DNA of 64,000 nucleotides from Zootoca vivipara (Eukaryota), in assembly GCF_963506605.1 (NCBI RefSeq), contig NC_083277.1, forward strand, positions 82,336,001 through 82,400,000. Direction: 5' to 3'. Below the pieces are notes generated by a model that ran no database searches, was not told the origin of the DNA, and worked only from the letters and a program-made list of their open reading frames with translations. A program made the position numbers and the translations under genes. Positions 11,710 to 22,724 of the stretch are shown here, piece by piece. Each line of letters opens with the position of its first letter. Within the stretch, counting starts at the first letter, position 1.

Positions 11710-14700
11710 GCATATAGGTGCTCAAAACAGAAACAGGGAAGCTTCAGTATTGCAGCGGTGACTTGCAGAGAGTTTAAAAAATGTTCTGAAACAAAGAAAG
11801 TGGTGAGCTGTTGCTGTAGTGTGCAGGGTGACCTTGAGCATAGGCACTTGCACTTGGCACATCTTGCTCTGCATATTGACCTGGAGACGTTTGGCGCAGG
11901 ATTTAACAGCGTTGTTGCGTGTATGGAACAAAGTCCGCTTATGCAGCAGGACTTCCCAACCATATACTCACCCCCCCCCTAAATATGCACTTGATGATTG
12001 GGTGGACCCCCAGAACAGCGTTAGGGGGGGCAGGGGGGAGTATTGTTGCATGAGCAGACCTCATTTTGTACATGCATATAGCCTACTTAGCATTACATTG
12101 AATTCCACCTAAGTATGCAAAGCATGTGTGCTGTCACTTTGCTAGAATCCTTCCCCATCACATATCCATCACTTTTTTAAAATGGGACACATGAACATGC
12201 CAGAAACACAGGGCAGTGACACCTTTTAATTTTTACAAAATAAAGTTTTTAAAAGTTTACAAAATAGTATTAGCAGCTTGTGTTGCTGGTCACTAATGAT
12301 TTCATGGGTATATAGAAAGCACTCGTTCTTGCAACATACAGAAGTACAATATATAATTTTCACCACAAATTCATGTAATATGAATGCTTGGAAAATCCAG
12401 AAATATGTGACTGAGTAACCTTTAGGAGAGATGTTTTTCTTGAACTGTGTGAGAACAATTTTGGAGACTGGCACCATTTCTTTTCCCACAGACACTAGAG
12501 CAGGTTCAGAGAATGTTTGGCCTCCAGATGTTACTTAAATATGACTCCCTTTATCCCTGGCCATTGGCATAGCTGCCAAGTTCTCCCTTTTTTTAAGGGA
12601 AATTCCCTTATGCTGAATAGGCTTCCTCATGAGAAAAGGGGAAACTTGGCAGCTATGGCCATTGGCCATGCTTGCTGGAGGTTATAGGAGTTATACTTCA
12701 GCAACATGTGGAGGACTAAAGGTTCCCCACACCTAAACAACTCTAGGCATGTTGGCTTGAAGCTGCATGAAACCTTATTAGTAGCAGAGAAACTCCCATT
12801 GATGTCTTCCTCCTTATTTTGATATGGTTGTGGATAAAGCTGTTTTATTTTCAAGCACAATTTAAAATGTTTTCTTTCCACCATAATGGGATTTTTACTT
12901 TATAGATACAAACCTCCATCCACAGAGAACAACCCTACCCTGGAAGACCCCACACCAGACTACATGAATCTACTGGGAATGATTTTCAGTATGTGTGGCT
13001 TGATGCTGAAGGTGAGTATTGCAGTGCTTGGCCTTTTGACTTCAGGACATCCAGAACACTAGCTGAGCCAATTAACCACAAGATTCTAGCAGCTGCTTGT
13101 TATCTTGTAATTATTACACTGCTATTGGATTATATAATTTTGAAAATCATATAATCTCTGGAAGGTAATCTGTCATCAACAACCCCAGTTAGTTTAATGT
13201 GCCTAACAGTCCTGGATTGAGCATCTTATTCTAGTAATAAATGACACAGTTTCTTTTCCTTCTTTCTGTCAGATTAACTGCATAATATTCCTGTGCTTAA
13301 ACCTTCACTATTTCCCTGCTATTTTAGTCTCTCCAAGGAATGCTACCCAACTGCTAAACAATTCTTTGCAATAGTCAGATAAGAGAATAGCACACAGATG
13401 ATGAACATTTATTGGGCCCCAAAGGCTCATCAATCAGTTGAATGTTGAGGGTAAATAATGATTTCATGATGCTTCAATTCATGTTAGCTATGGAGTCTAA
13501 TTTACAATTACTTATAAAGATCTCCAAGTCAGAGTGCTTCACTTTTCTTCTAGATAACAGAGGTACAAGTCTTTGAACAACAGCGTTAGTTAATAATTGT
13601 AATAAGTATTACAATAATACAATTGTAATAATTGTAAGTTACAATGTGATTCAACCGTAAACTCCAAATTAAAGCACCCAATTAAGTATATGATATGTCA
13701 AATCTACACTAATATTAACAGACGCCTATAGTTCATCCAGAAAAGGATGAAATCTTATGACAATGTATATACATATAATATTTAAAGAGCATTTTATTTT
13801 TCATTAAGACTTTTAGGAATGATAGCATTTAATGAAAAAAAATACAGAAAGACTTACTCTGTAACAATATATTGAGATCTGTATGGTAATATCTGTGTCT
13901 TTGAACCTTAAAAATGGCCATTAAATGACTTAAATTTCCATTTGATTTTGTATACTAACAAAACGATGAACCAAAGGGACTTTCTGACTCTTTTATTATT
14001 GATCTTTCTTGTATGTTGCAGAGTTCCAATTCACAACTAACATTGGTTTTTCTGACACAAAATTACAAAATTTGTAGTTAGTTTTGAGTTTATATTATAT
14101 AGGTAAACACTCTAGATATTTGAAATGCCCATGGACAATGTGCTATCATTTGAGAGGTCCGAGTGCATTAATATGACTTTAATTTCATAGTTCCCTGGAA
14201 ATCAAATATATTTTATTATTTGCACGTCCATTTACTTTGAATGAGCTTCATCTAGCAAAATGTACCGTATCCATCTTTAAAACTGAAGACAATTCCTCCA
14301 GGGGAAGGGTCGTAAGCTCAGTAACAGAACTTCTACTTTGCTCCCAAGTTCCATCCCTGGCATCCTTGAGGTAGGGATTGGAGTGTCCCCTACCTGAAAC
14401 CCTGGAGAGCCATTGTCGGTCACTGTAGACCAGTGTTTCCCAACCAGTGTGCCTCCAGATGTTTTGGGACTACAACTCCCATCATCCCTAGCTAGCAAGA
14501 CCAGTGGTCAGGAATGATGGGAGTTGTAGTCCCAAAACATCTGGAGGCACACTGGTTGGGAAACACTGCTGTAGACAGTATTGAGCTAGATGGAGCAATA
14601 GTCTGACTCACCATAAGGAAGTTTCCTATGAACTGAGTAAAGAAACAAGGCAGAGTGCTTATCATGGTTTTACACTTGTACTAGGGAATAAATAGTATTG

Positions 14701-16259
14701 CTTAATCCTTGGGATTTCATTAAGGCTTTCAGTACATTACTCTGCTGTTTGCAGCTAAAGTGGTGTGCCTGGATTGCTGTCTACTGTTCATTCATCAGCT
14801 TTGCCAACTCTCGGAGTTCAGAAGATACCAAACAGATGATGAGCAGCTTCATGTGAGTCAGGTTCTTTTACTTCTTTCAGCCTTTCATTGAGTCCTGTGT
14901 TAATTTCTTACTGCTGCCAAGTCAACTTTGAGACAAGAGGCACACAGCTGCTTTCCCTTTGCCACAAACAGTATGCAGTTGCACATGGAAAATTAAGGGT
15001 ACAGCACTTGTGTGGAAACTTCAACCAGCATCTCTTGCCCAGAAACTATTGCTCTGAAAGATTATAAAGCTCAAGGCAAGCCCCACCCTGAGGTTCCCTC
15101 CTTTGGAATGGAAATGAGTGGCCTGGCACCTTGAATACCCACAATGGAACTTTTTGATGTAACTACCGGTAATCCAACGGGACCCAGGTGGCGCTGTGGT
15201 TAAACCACTGAGCCTAGGGCTTGCTGATCAGAAGGTCGGCGGTTCGAATCCCTGTGACGGGGTGAGCTCCCGTTGCTTGGTCCCAACTCCTGTCAACCTA
15301 GCAGTTCGAAAGCACGTCAAAATGCAAGTAGATAAATAGGAACTGCTACAGCGGGAAGGTAAACGGCGTTTCCATGTGCTGCTCTGGTTTGCCAGAAGCG
15401 GCTTAGTCATGCTGGCCACATGACCTGGAAGCTATACGCCGGCTCCCTCGGCCAATAATGCGAGATGAGCGCGCAACCCCAGAGTCGGTCATGACTGGAC
15501 CTAATGGTCAGGGGTCCCTTTACCTTTACCGGTAATCCAATCTTCCCCACGCCCAAATCCAGTCTGGGCTAATTTCTCTATTTATATTTAACCTACCACA
15601 CTGATAATTTCTATTTTTCTGCTTGTCTCAGCAGATTAATCATTGGTAACAATACTTCTTCCTTTTCCTCCTAAATCTATCCAACCTCATTTTGGGGTAG
15701 CCTTAATCATTCAGACCTTGTAATAACGTATTCATAGATAAATGTTTATTCTGCCTTTTTCTTAATAAGTTCCATTCTTTCTGATTAAGTCATTTACTTC
15801 CCAGAAACCTTTAAGTGTTGCTTCACTAGCCAGACTAGGGGTGGGGGGCTGTGGCTCTCTAGATGTTGGGTTCTAAGCCACATCCGCCCCAGCCAGCATG
15901 GCTAGTAGTCAGGGATGTTTATAAAATTGTAGCCCTCTAGATATTGATGGACTACAGGCTCCACATTCCTGATCCCAAGGATCCTAAGGTACATGCTAGC
16001 TCACTTTAATATGGTTATATATGGCTATGGTGCTAATTTTCTGAGCCAGCTCTATCTGTGGCTAGCTGTTCATTCTTTGGGAATTGGGCTGGCGGCTGCA
16101 GCAGAAAGAGGTTCCCCTTTACTATTTGCATTGCTATTATTGGTGTAATATTAATGTTCCTGCCCTGATTATAACTCCTGTCTTATTTCCAGGTTGTCTA
16201 TCTCAGCTGTAGTGATGTCCTATCTGCAAAACCCACAACCCATGTCTCCTCCTTGGTGA
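10850..16259 (+). CDS. WDR83OS: PAT complex subunit Asterix (WDR83 opposite strand), 4 exons, 106 aa
   Basis: Exons 10850-10899 ([16 protein letters not shown]), 12906-13011 (YKPP...[18 protein letters not shown]), 14755-14852 ([32 protein letters not shown]) and 16193-16259 ([21 protein letters not shown]). Total 321 nt, GT-AG introns. Confidence 0.97.
11343..11672. mobile_element. hAT-like non-autonomous DNA transposon
   Basis: Imperfect TIRs CAGTGCCAGATT...AATCCGGTCCTG; inserted at a TG-rich microsatellite. Confidence 0.65.
11671..11705. repeat. (TG)n microsatellite
   Basis: Direct observation. Confidence 0.95.
12568..12657. mobile_element. 90-bp hAT MITE nested in an older palindromic MITE
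   Basis: TIR CATAGCTGCCAAGTT; 8-bp TSD GCCATTGG. Confidence 0.85.
14301..14630 (+). mobile_element. Old tRNA-derived squamate SINE (Squam3-like) interrupted by a hAT MITE
   Basis: Head GGGGAAGGG..AGCTCAGT, core CCTGAAACCCTGGAGAGCC..., tail ...TTCCTATG; related copies near 19140-19505 and 47210-47330. Confidence 0.6.
14431..14568. mobile_element. Palindromic hAT (Charlie-like) MITE
   Basis: Near-perfect ~55-bp inverted arms starting CAGTGTTTCCCAACC; 8-bp TSD CTGTAGAC. Confidence 0.9.
15178..15526 (+). mobile_element. Sauria SINE, full length
   Basis: GGGACCCAGGTGGCGCTGTGG head, B-box GGTTCGAATCC, CCCTTTACCTTT tail; 14-bp TSD TACCGGTAATCCAA at 15164-15177 and 15527-15540. Confidence 0.92.
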
Positions 16260-17849
16260 AAAGATATTGCCTCTCTTCAGAGCTCCTCTTGCAAAGCAGA
16301 GGTGTACTCCCTCAACAGAGAGGACTATTATCTCAGGCAATGCAGATCCATTTGCACATGTCTTGGGAGTACACATTTTGCTGCATTAATAAAGTGATGG
16401 TTATTAGAGATGCTTTGGCTACATTGCCAAATTGGCTTAGTGTGTTAATACGTAATGCATTTCACTTGAACTATAGTTTACCGTAGTTCTTAGCCAGCCA
16501 AACATCTACAGTGTGCTCTGACTGTACTTCCTGTACTGTTCGGGTTTTCTGCCCAGTTAAAAAAGGAAATACTCTTATTCAGAAAAACAACATCCTTAAC
16601 TTTTACAAACCAATTAAAAGAAGCATCTGCTTTTAGAACCAAGTACTGAAACCAATTAGCATAACACAGAAATCATCTCTTGGGAAACTCATTTGGGCAC
16701 ATATCTCTGTACCGGGAGGTAACTTCCCACTGTAGCCTGTAGTCAGAGCAGGCGTACTGTAAAGGCATTTCATCAGACAACTTCTCACATCTAGCCCTGT
16801 ATTCTGAATGTGTCCAAGGCAGCAACCTTGCTCAGCATTGATTTTATGTTAGAATCTTTTGATTTATTTGCAGCAGTTTTATCATGCTCTTCAGCTGGAA
16901 AAAAGTGCATTGAGCAGCTTGCACCTGTTTGTACAGTATATGTATATTTTTGCACATACAATGAATGTGATTCAACAAAGGATTTAAAACAATAACAAAG
17001 GATTGTTTTATGCAATGCATATTTTGTGGGTGATTAGTCAGATTTGTACTAGAGTTTGAGTTTAGAATGAGGTGGCAGCAGTTAATGAAGTGAATGATTT
17101 TGCACTATTAAGTCTAGTACAGTATTACCTTTTACATAAAACAAGAACAATCAAACAGCAAGGGAAAGACTGCAGCATTATTCTTCTCATTTGCTTTAAG
17201 GCTCTTTCGCTAAGTGCCAAGGAATGGGATGCAGCTGTTGATTCAGGCTCTCTCTTCCCCCTCCCCGTTTTTTCTTGGCTTTCTGCCTTCCAGACAAATC
17301 CTCCTGCATATCTTTGTGAGGAGGGGGGACGCTTGACTGGTCTGGGGGAGTGGTAGAGCTGGAATACCAAGCAAGAGGGGCTGAAATCCCAGACTGGGAG
17401 GGAATCCAGCCTGGGAGGGCCTGCTGTAGGGAGCTGGGATCACAGGAGAATTTGAAGGGGCTGTCAGTCATGGGAAACGGGAAAAGCCTTGCTTAGTTTA
17501 TATTTGTGCCGCTGCACAAAGGATGGAAAGGCCCTCGGGTAAGTATCTCAGGATAAATGCCCTTGAGATCACTTTAAATTGATTTAAAAAATGTGGTTGG
17601 TCACGTATTTTAACTGACTTTGCTAATATCACCGAACCGTGCCAGGCAAAAATGAAGCAAGCGAAGCTTTCTCTAGCATGGCAGATAAAGCTTCGCCTGC
17701 TTCAATTCCTTACAGTGTCGCTCTGCGGTTTGGAGCACAAAAGCAGGAGTGGTACACGCAGCAACGAAAGACGGCGATTTCAGATTAGCCAACTAAATTA
17801 CCCTTGCCAATCTCCCCACTCCATGCCATCTTCGAAGCGTTGGAGGAAA

Positions 17850-18650
17850 TTCTAGCGTGGTTACGGAGCCGGGGGACTGGCAAGCAAGTTTACTCGGCGC
17901 TCTAAATCGCGTTGACCTGGGCCAGAACCTCTTTAGACCAGAAAGACGAGTGTGTTTGGGGAAGCGGGCGGGAAAGGATCGTGTGGATTCGTGGCCGCCC
18001 GCCCACCGGCTTTGTTTTGAATCTACAGTACATTAGAAACCCTTTCATCCCATCGCGACTTCTGCGCCTTTAAGAGAGTCGCAACCCCCCGCCCCCACCC
18101 CGCCGCCGCTCCCTTCCCCTCCACGATCTATTTTGGCTCGGCGCTGCTTTCATTTCCGCCTTCCTGTTCCGCAAGTGGTGCCAGGAAATTCCCCGCTTCC
18201 GCGCTGGCCGGGCAGGAGCCGGGGGCGGAGCGGAGGCCGCGTAGCCGGTGCGGAATGCAGCCGGAGGGGGCAAGCGCAGGCTCCAGCTTGTCCTCTTAAT
18301 CGCACACGCCACCCAGGAGGCTTAGGGAGGCCGGCCAGAGGCAGCGTATCCCTCCGCCCTGACCTACATTTCCCGCGCTCCCGAGACTTCCCTTCAAGGG
18401 CGGGGAGCCGAACACCTGGAACCAGGCCCCCGTTCACACGTGACTCCGGGCCCGCGAGAGGAACGGGGCGGCTTTGCACGCGCCTGCGTGGGCGCTGCCG
18501 GGACGCCGCAGACCCGCAGGCCAATAAGGCGTTGCTATGGCGTGCAAACATTGCTCCGCAGCGGCCTTTGAAGGAGGTTCCGCGTGTGCGAGATAGATCC
18601 TTGCCTGCCTGGCGCCATGTTTAAACGGGGGCCTGATGCTGGCATTTAAG
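17850..18650. promoter_or_regulatory. Orphan CpG island with housekeeping-promoter motifs
   Basis: GC/CpG-rich; ETS motifs 18154-18172; ZNF143/THAP11-like CTACATTTCCC 18364-18374; E-box CACGTGAC 18437-18444; CCAAT 18521; YY1-like CGCCATGTT 18613-18621. No recognisable coding exon. Confidence 0.6.
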
Positions 18651-20039
18651 GAACCCCCAGGACGTCTGATGTCTGACTTGGAAGCTTGGCTCTGGCTGGG
18701 CTGTGGTTGCTTCGTAGTGAATGTGGCTTCCTCTTCACATTGTTGAATACACTGCCCTTAATGGGTTGTTTCACACGTTCGTAGACTGCAACCCTGACAG
18801 TAAAAACCAGATTTAAGAGAGCCGAGCCCACATGTTCCAGTGCTCAGCCTTGGTTCAAATAAAGGCCCGGTTGTATTCCCCAAAACGAGGGGAGAGTATC
18901 CAGTTCATGGAACTACTGCAGAATACTCCTGAGTTGTTTTTTCAAAAGAAAGGGGCTATTTATTTTATCTTACTCAGCAGTGAAGCTTGTTTGATGAACA
19001 GCTTACTGTGTGTGCAGAGACCTTTGCCCTGCATGCAATACACCCAATGTCCTCCCCTACAGCACTCTGGAACTGAGCTAACCACCAGGAAACTTTGGTG
19101 GAGTGAGTGTTTGGGTGTAGCAAGGGAAGATAACCAGCGCCCAGTTGCGATATTAGTGTCTGAATGAGTGTGTGCTTTGTATGCAAACGGTCCCAGGTTC
19201 ACTCCGGCTAGGGCTGTTAAAAATTACTGTGTGAAACCCTGAAGAGACACTGCCAGTCCATGTGTGCAGTTTTCCAAACTGTGTCGTGGCACAGTGTGTC
19301 AGCCACAGTGTGTAGGTCTGTCACACGAACACTCCCCACGTTCCTCGGGCTGCAAAGCGGTTCGTTTAACCTCCGGTTTTTTATAGTAAAATTGAATTAA
19401 TGCATTGCAAAATGAGGCATGTCTAAACAGTGTGTCAACAACATGAAAAGTTTGGAAAGCTCTGATGTAGACCTACATGGACTTGATATATGGCTGCTTC
19501 CTATATTGTGTCCTAAGAAGACTGTGACAATTATGTGTAAAAAACTTGAATATAGGCCAGATCAGCATAGTGACCATAGTTAAGGAACAGAAAAAGCACT
19601 ACAAGCAAGAGGCACCCATTTGTTTGGATGACACCTCCCTGCCTGTACCCCAGACTTCCTAACAGACAGCAGAGGGCAAGCGCCAGGGATGGGCGATGCT
19701 GGCTGCACAGGAAGAAAAAGGGAAGTGGCTCTTGGAGACAGGGGTGGGGGGAGCTACTGCTTTTGGAAAGGAAGGAAGGAAGGCAGCCTCACCCTATCAA
19801 TGCTGCTTCCTCTTCATGTCTGCCGCCACCAGAAGCGGCAGTGCCAGCATTACTGATTTACACTAAAGTACAAAACACAGTTTCTATTTACATACTTAGT
19901 ACAACAGATACCTAAACTTACATTTTAGAAGACATCTACAGGCAGCCCTGTTGAGGGACATTTTTTAAGGATTGATGTTTTTATTATGTTTTTAGATATG
20001 TTGTCAACCGCCCAGACTGGATGGGGTATAAATATTACA

Positions 20040-20233
20040 GAAACGCCATATACCTTCCTGCTGGAGCGGTACCTATTTATCTACTTGAACTTTGACGTGC
20101 TTTTGAACTGCTAGGTTGGCAGGAGCTGGGACCGAACAACGGGAGCTCACCCCGTCACAGGGATTCAAACCGCCGACCTTCCGATCCGGAAGCCCAAGGC
20201 TCAGTGGTTTACACCACAGTGCCACCCATGTCC
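20040..20233 (-). mobile_element. Sauria SINE, partial
   Basis: Matches the 5' half of the other copies; adjoins a (TTA)n run. Confidence 0.85.

Positions 20234-20234
<1 letters not shown>

Positions 20235-20285
<51 letters not shown>
20235..20285. repeat. (TTA)n microsatellite
   Basis: Direct observation. Confidence 0.95.
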
Positions 20286-20286
<1 letters not shown>

Positions 20287-20609
20287 CTCAAATCCATTAT
20301 TTCATACAAAGACCCTAACTACACTTGCATTACATGGTGTTATTAGTTGGGGGGGGGGAATAGGCTATATGCCTGACCAGTGGCAAACTTTGGGTTCTCA
20401 AATTTCAGTGGCAACCAGTGTGGTGTCAAAATTTGGCACCCCTCTACCTCTTGTGTGTCATTCTAAATCATAGTTGCTGCATCCTCAACGGTGCCCCCAA
20501 GGTTCCGTGCCCAGTGCTCCCTAAATCTGCCTCTGGCCTGACCCCACTTCTAATTGCTGGATCCAGTACAGATTCCATTTCTGGAATAGCCAAGTTAGTT
20601 TCCCAGTAA

Positions 20610-21015
20610 GGTAATGAACTTCTAAGTATGGGCCTTTAAGGTAACAAAGGAAGCGGCTCTGTGCTAGAAGTCACATGGGTGGGTTCCCCTCCCTCAACTC
20701 GCTGGTAGTTACAAAGACAAAGCCAGAGTTGGTTTTTGAGTTATATGAGCTAGAAGTTGCCCAGTTGGGCAGCTGGGAGACAGAGCTATGCTTGATTTCT
20801 GCTGGAATCTAAGGCTGTGGAGATGGGAGAAGCAAGATGCTCTTGGGGTGTTAATGCTATGAACCCCTCCATTGTAGGCTCAGGTTGTATATATGTGTGA
20901 ATAAACCATACATCATAAAGACACAACAATCTCCGCTGTCCCTCATTTCAAAGGAAACCAAGCCCTGGGTACCCTAGAATCTTGCCCCACACAGAGACTG
21001 GGGTGGCGTGCAACA
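20610..21015 (+). mobile_element. Probable solo LTR
   Basis: AATAAA near 20900 followed by a U5-like tail ending ...GCGTGCAACA; 5' boundary and TSD not resolved. Confidence 0.4.
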
Positions 21016-21321
21016 ATTTGCTCCTCCTTCAGACACACTGTTAGCATAAGTGTGCATGTACTCTTTTTCCTTATACCTCTGGCCAGCAACTAGATTTTGT
21101 TAGACGGCCACTTCAGAACAGAATAGGATTGGCAGGCCTAGACCCCAACCTCCATCCCCTAAAGTGGCCTGTCAGTGAAGCTTATGACAGATGCAACTCT
21201 CATCAGGCTCCTGTTTTATCGCTTGCTTTGCATCTGAGTGGTCAGGCAGTGGGAAATAAATTTGGCCAAGTGGTCATTAGTCGACACTTCTGCACTACAC
21301 ACAAATACATATATTAAGGCA

Positions 21322-21655
21322 CATTAAACCACAGAGCCTAGAGCTTGCCAATCAGAAGGTCGGTGATTCGAATCCCCGCGACGGGGTGAGCTCCCGTTGC
21401 TCGGTCCCAGCTCCTGCAATCTAGCAGTTCAAAAGCATCTCAAAGTGCAAGTAGATAAATAGGTACCACTCTGGCGGAAAGGTAAACGGAGTTTCTGTGT
21501 GCTGCTCTGGTTCACCAGAAGCGGCTTAGTCATGCTGGCCACATGACCTGGAAGCTGTACGCCGGCTCCCTTGGCCAATAACGCGAGATGAGTGCCGCAA
21601 CCCCAGAGTCGGTCACGACTGGACCGAATGGTCAGGGGTCCCTTTACGTTTACCT
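21322..21655 (+). mobile_element. Sauria SINE, slightly 5'-truncated
   Basis: Colinear with the 15178 copy through to the tail. Confidence 0.88.
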
Positions 21656-22177
21656 AATTACCACTTCACATATGCATACAATTTTCTCTTCTTTTTTTTA
21701 AAGCCATGTTAGTCTTTCCAATACACACACAAACACACATGTCCAATACTGACACAAGTGCTAGCCATAAAATGGTTTGTGCACTTATGGCGAAAAGGCT
21801 TTTCACTTGTGCTGCAGGTGCTTGAGGACTCCCATCCCCTTGTCCTGAATATAATACTCCCTAAGTCTTGTGTTTTTGAAGGAGAAGAAGCTGCTCGGTA
21901 TGAACTTTTTGGATAAAAGTAGCAGCTGGTGGCCAGTTGTGAAACCAAGCTAGTCTACAGGATGCAATTTATGAGAAGCAAGATTAGTTTGGGGTAATTC
22001 CAGAGAAAGGAGGAAAGTCTGCCTGCTGGCTTTCTGCTTCTAAATCCACAAAGCCTTATTATGATGAATGAAAACTGGAAGGAGATGGAACTTTGGAAAT
22101 GCCCAGAGAAAGACTGAGCAGTGGCAAACCAAGTACAGATCACAGCATTCGGTCTTTTATGTGTCTTTGACTGAGAA

Positions 22178-22360
22178 AACAAAATAAAAAAATCCTTCCA
22201 GTAGCATCTTAGAGACCAACTAAGTTTGTCATAGGTATGAGCTTCCATGCACACGAAAGCTCATACCTATGACAAACTTAGTTGGTCTCTAAGGTGCTAC
22301 TGGAAGGATTTTTTTATTTTGTTTTGACTGCATCAGACCAACACGGCTACCTACCTGTAA
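22178..22360 (+). mobile_element. Penelope-like element terminal fragment with inverted duplication
   Basis: CACGAAAGCTCATACC...GTCTCTAAGGTGCTACTGG...CAGACCAACACGGCTAC resembles sauropsid Penelope pseudo-LTR ends; ~69-bp inverted repeat; 13-bp TSD CTTTGACTGAGAA. Confidence 0.75.
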
Positions 22361-22724
22361 CTTTGACTGAGAAGATCCGCTTTGCTTCCAAAGTTTCACC
22401 ACCCTTACAACCACTCAGTCCAGGCTTTTCCCAGCCAGATTGTTGTTTGAACTCAACTGGCAGTGTGCCCAGGCCTGAACTCTGCAAGTGCCGCCCTGCA
22501 AGGGTGAGGGCAAAGTACAATCAGTATATTCCCAATGCCAATGCCACCTCCCTAAGCTTGTGCCGCCAGCACTTTTGCATGTGCAGCCAGTGTGGGAAGG
22601 AGAAGGTGGAGCTGCAGGAAGAGAGATGGTCTCGGTAGCCTTGCAACAACAGAGGTATTACCCAAGGTGGGAGGGGAGGCTCAGTCCAATCACCACCACT
22701 CTCCGCCCTGGCTACACTCTAGAG

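Noticed and set aside
14241-14270. Minus-strand YILLDEAH followed by KVILM, resembling DEAH-helicase motifs II/III
   Set aside because: No SAT/TAT motif and no motifs I, V or VI in any frame; likely chance, and treated within the candidate viral-fossil finding.
18070-18624. 80-163 aa ORFs in the orphan CpG island
   Set aside because: Arg/Pro/Gly-rich products of GC bias with no domain or signal peptide, and no MAN2B1-like sequence.
20073-20473. Poly-Asn/poly-Leu/poly-Tyr ORFs
   Set aside because: Translations of a (TTA)n microsatellite next to a SINE.
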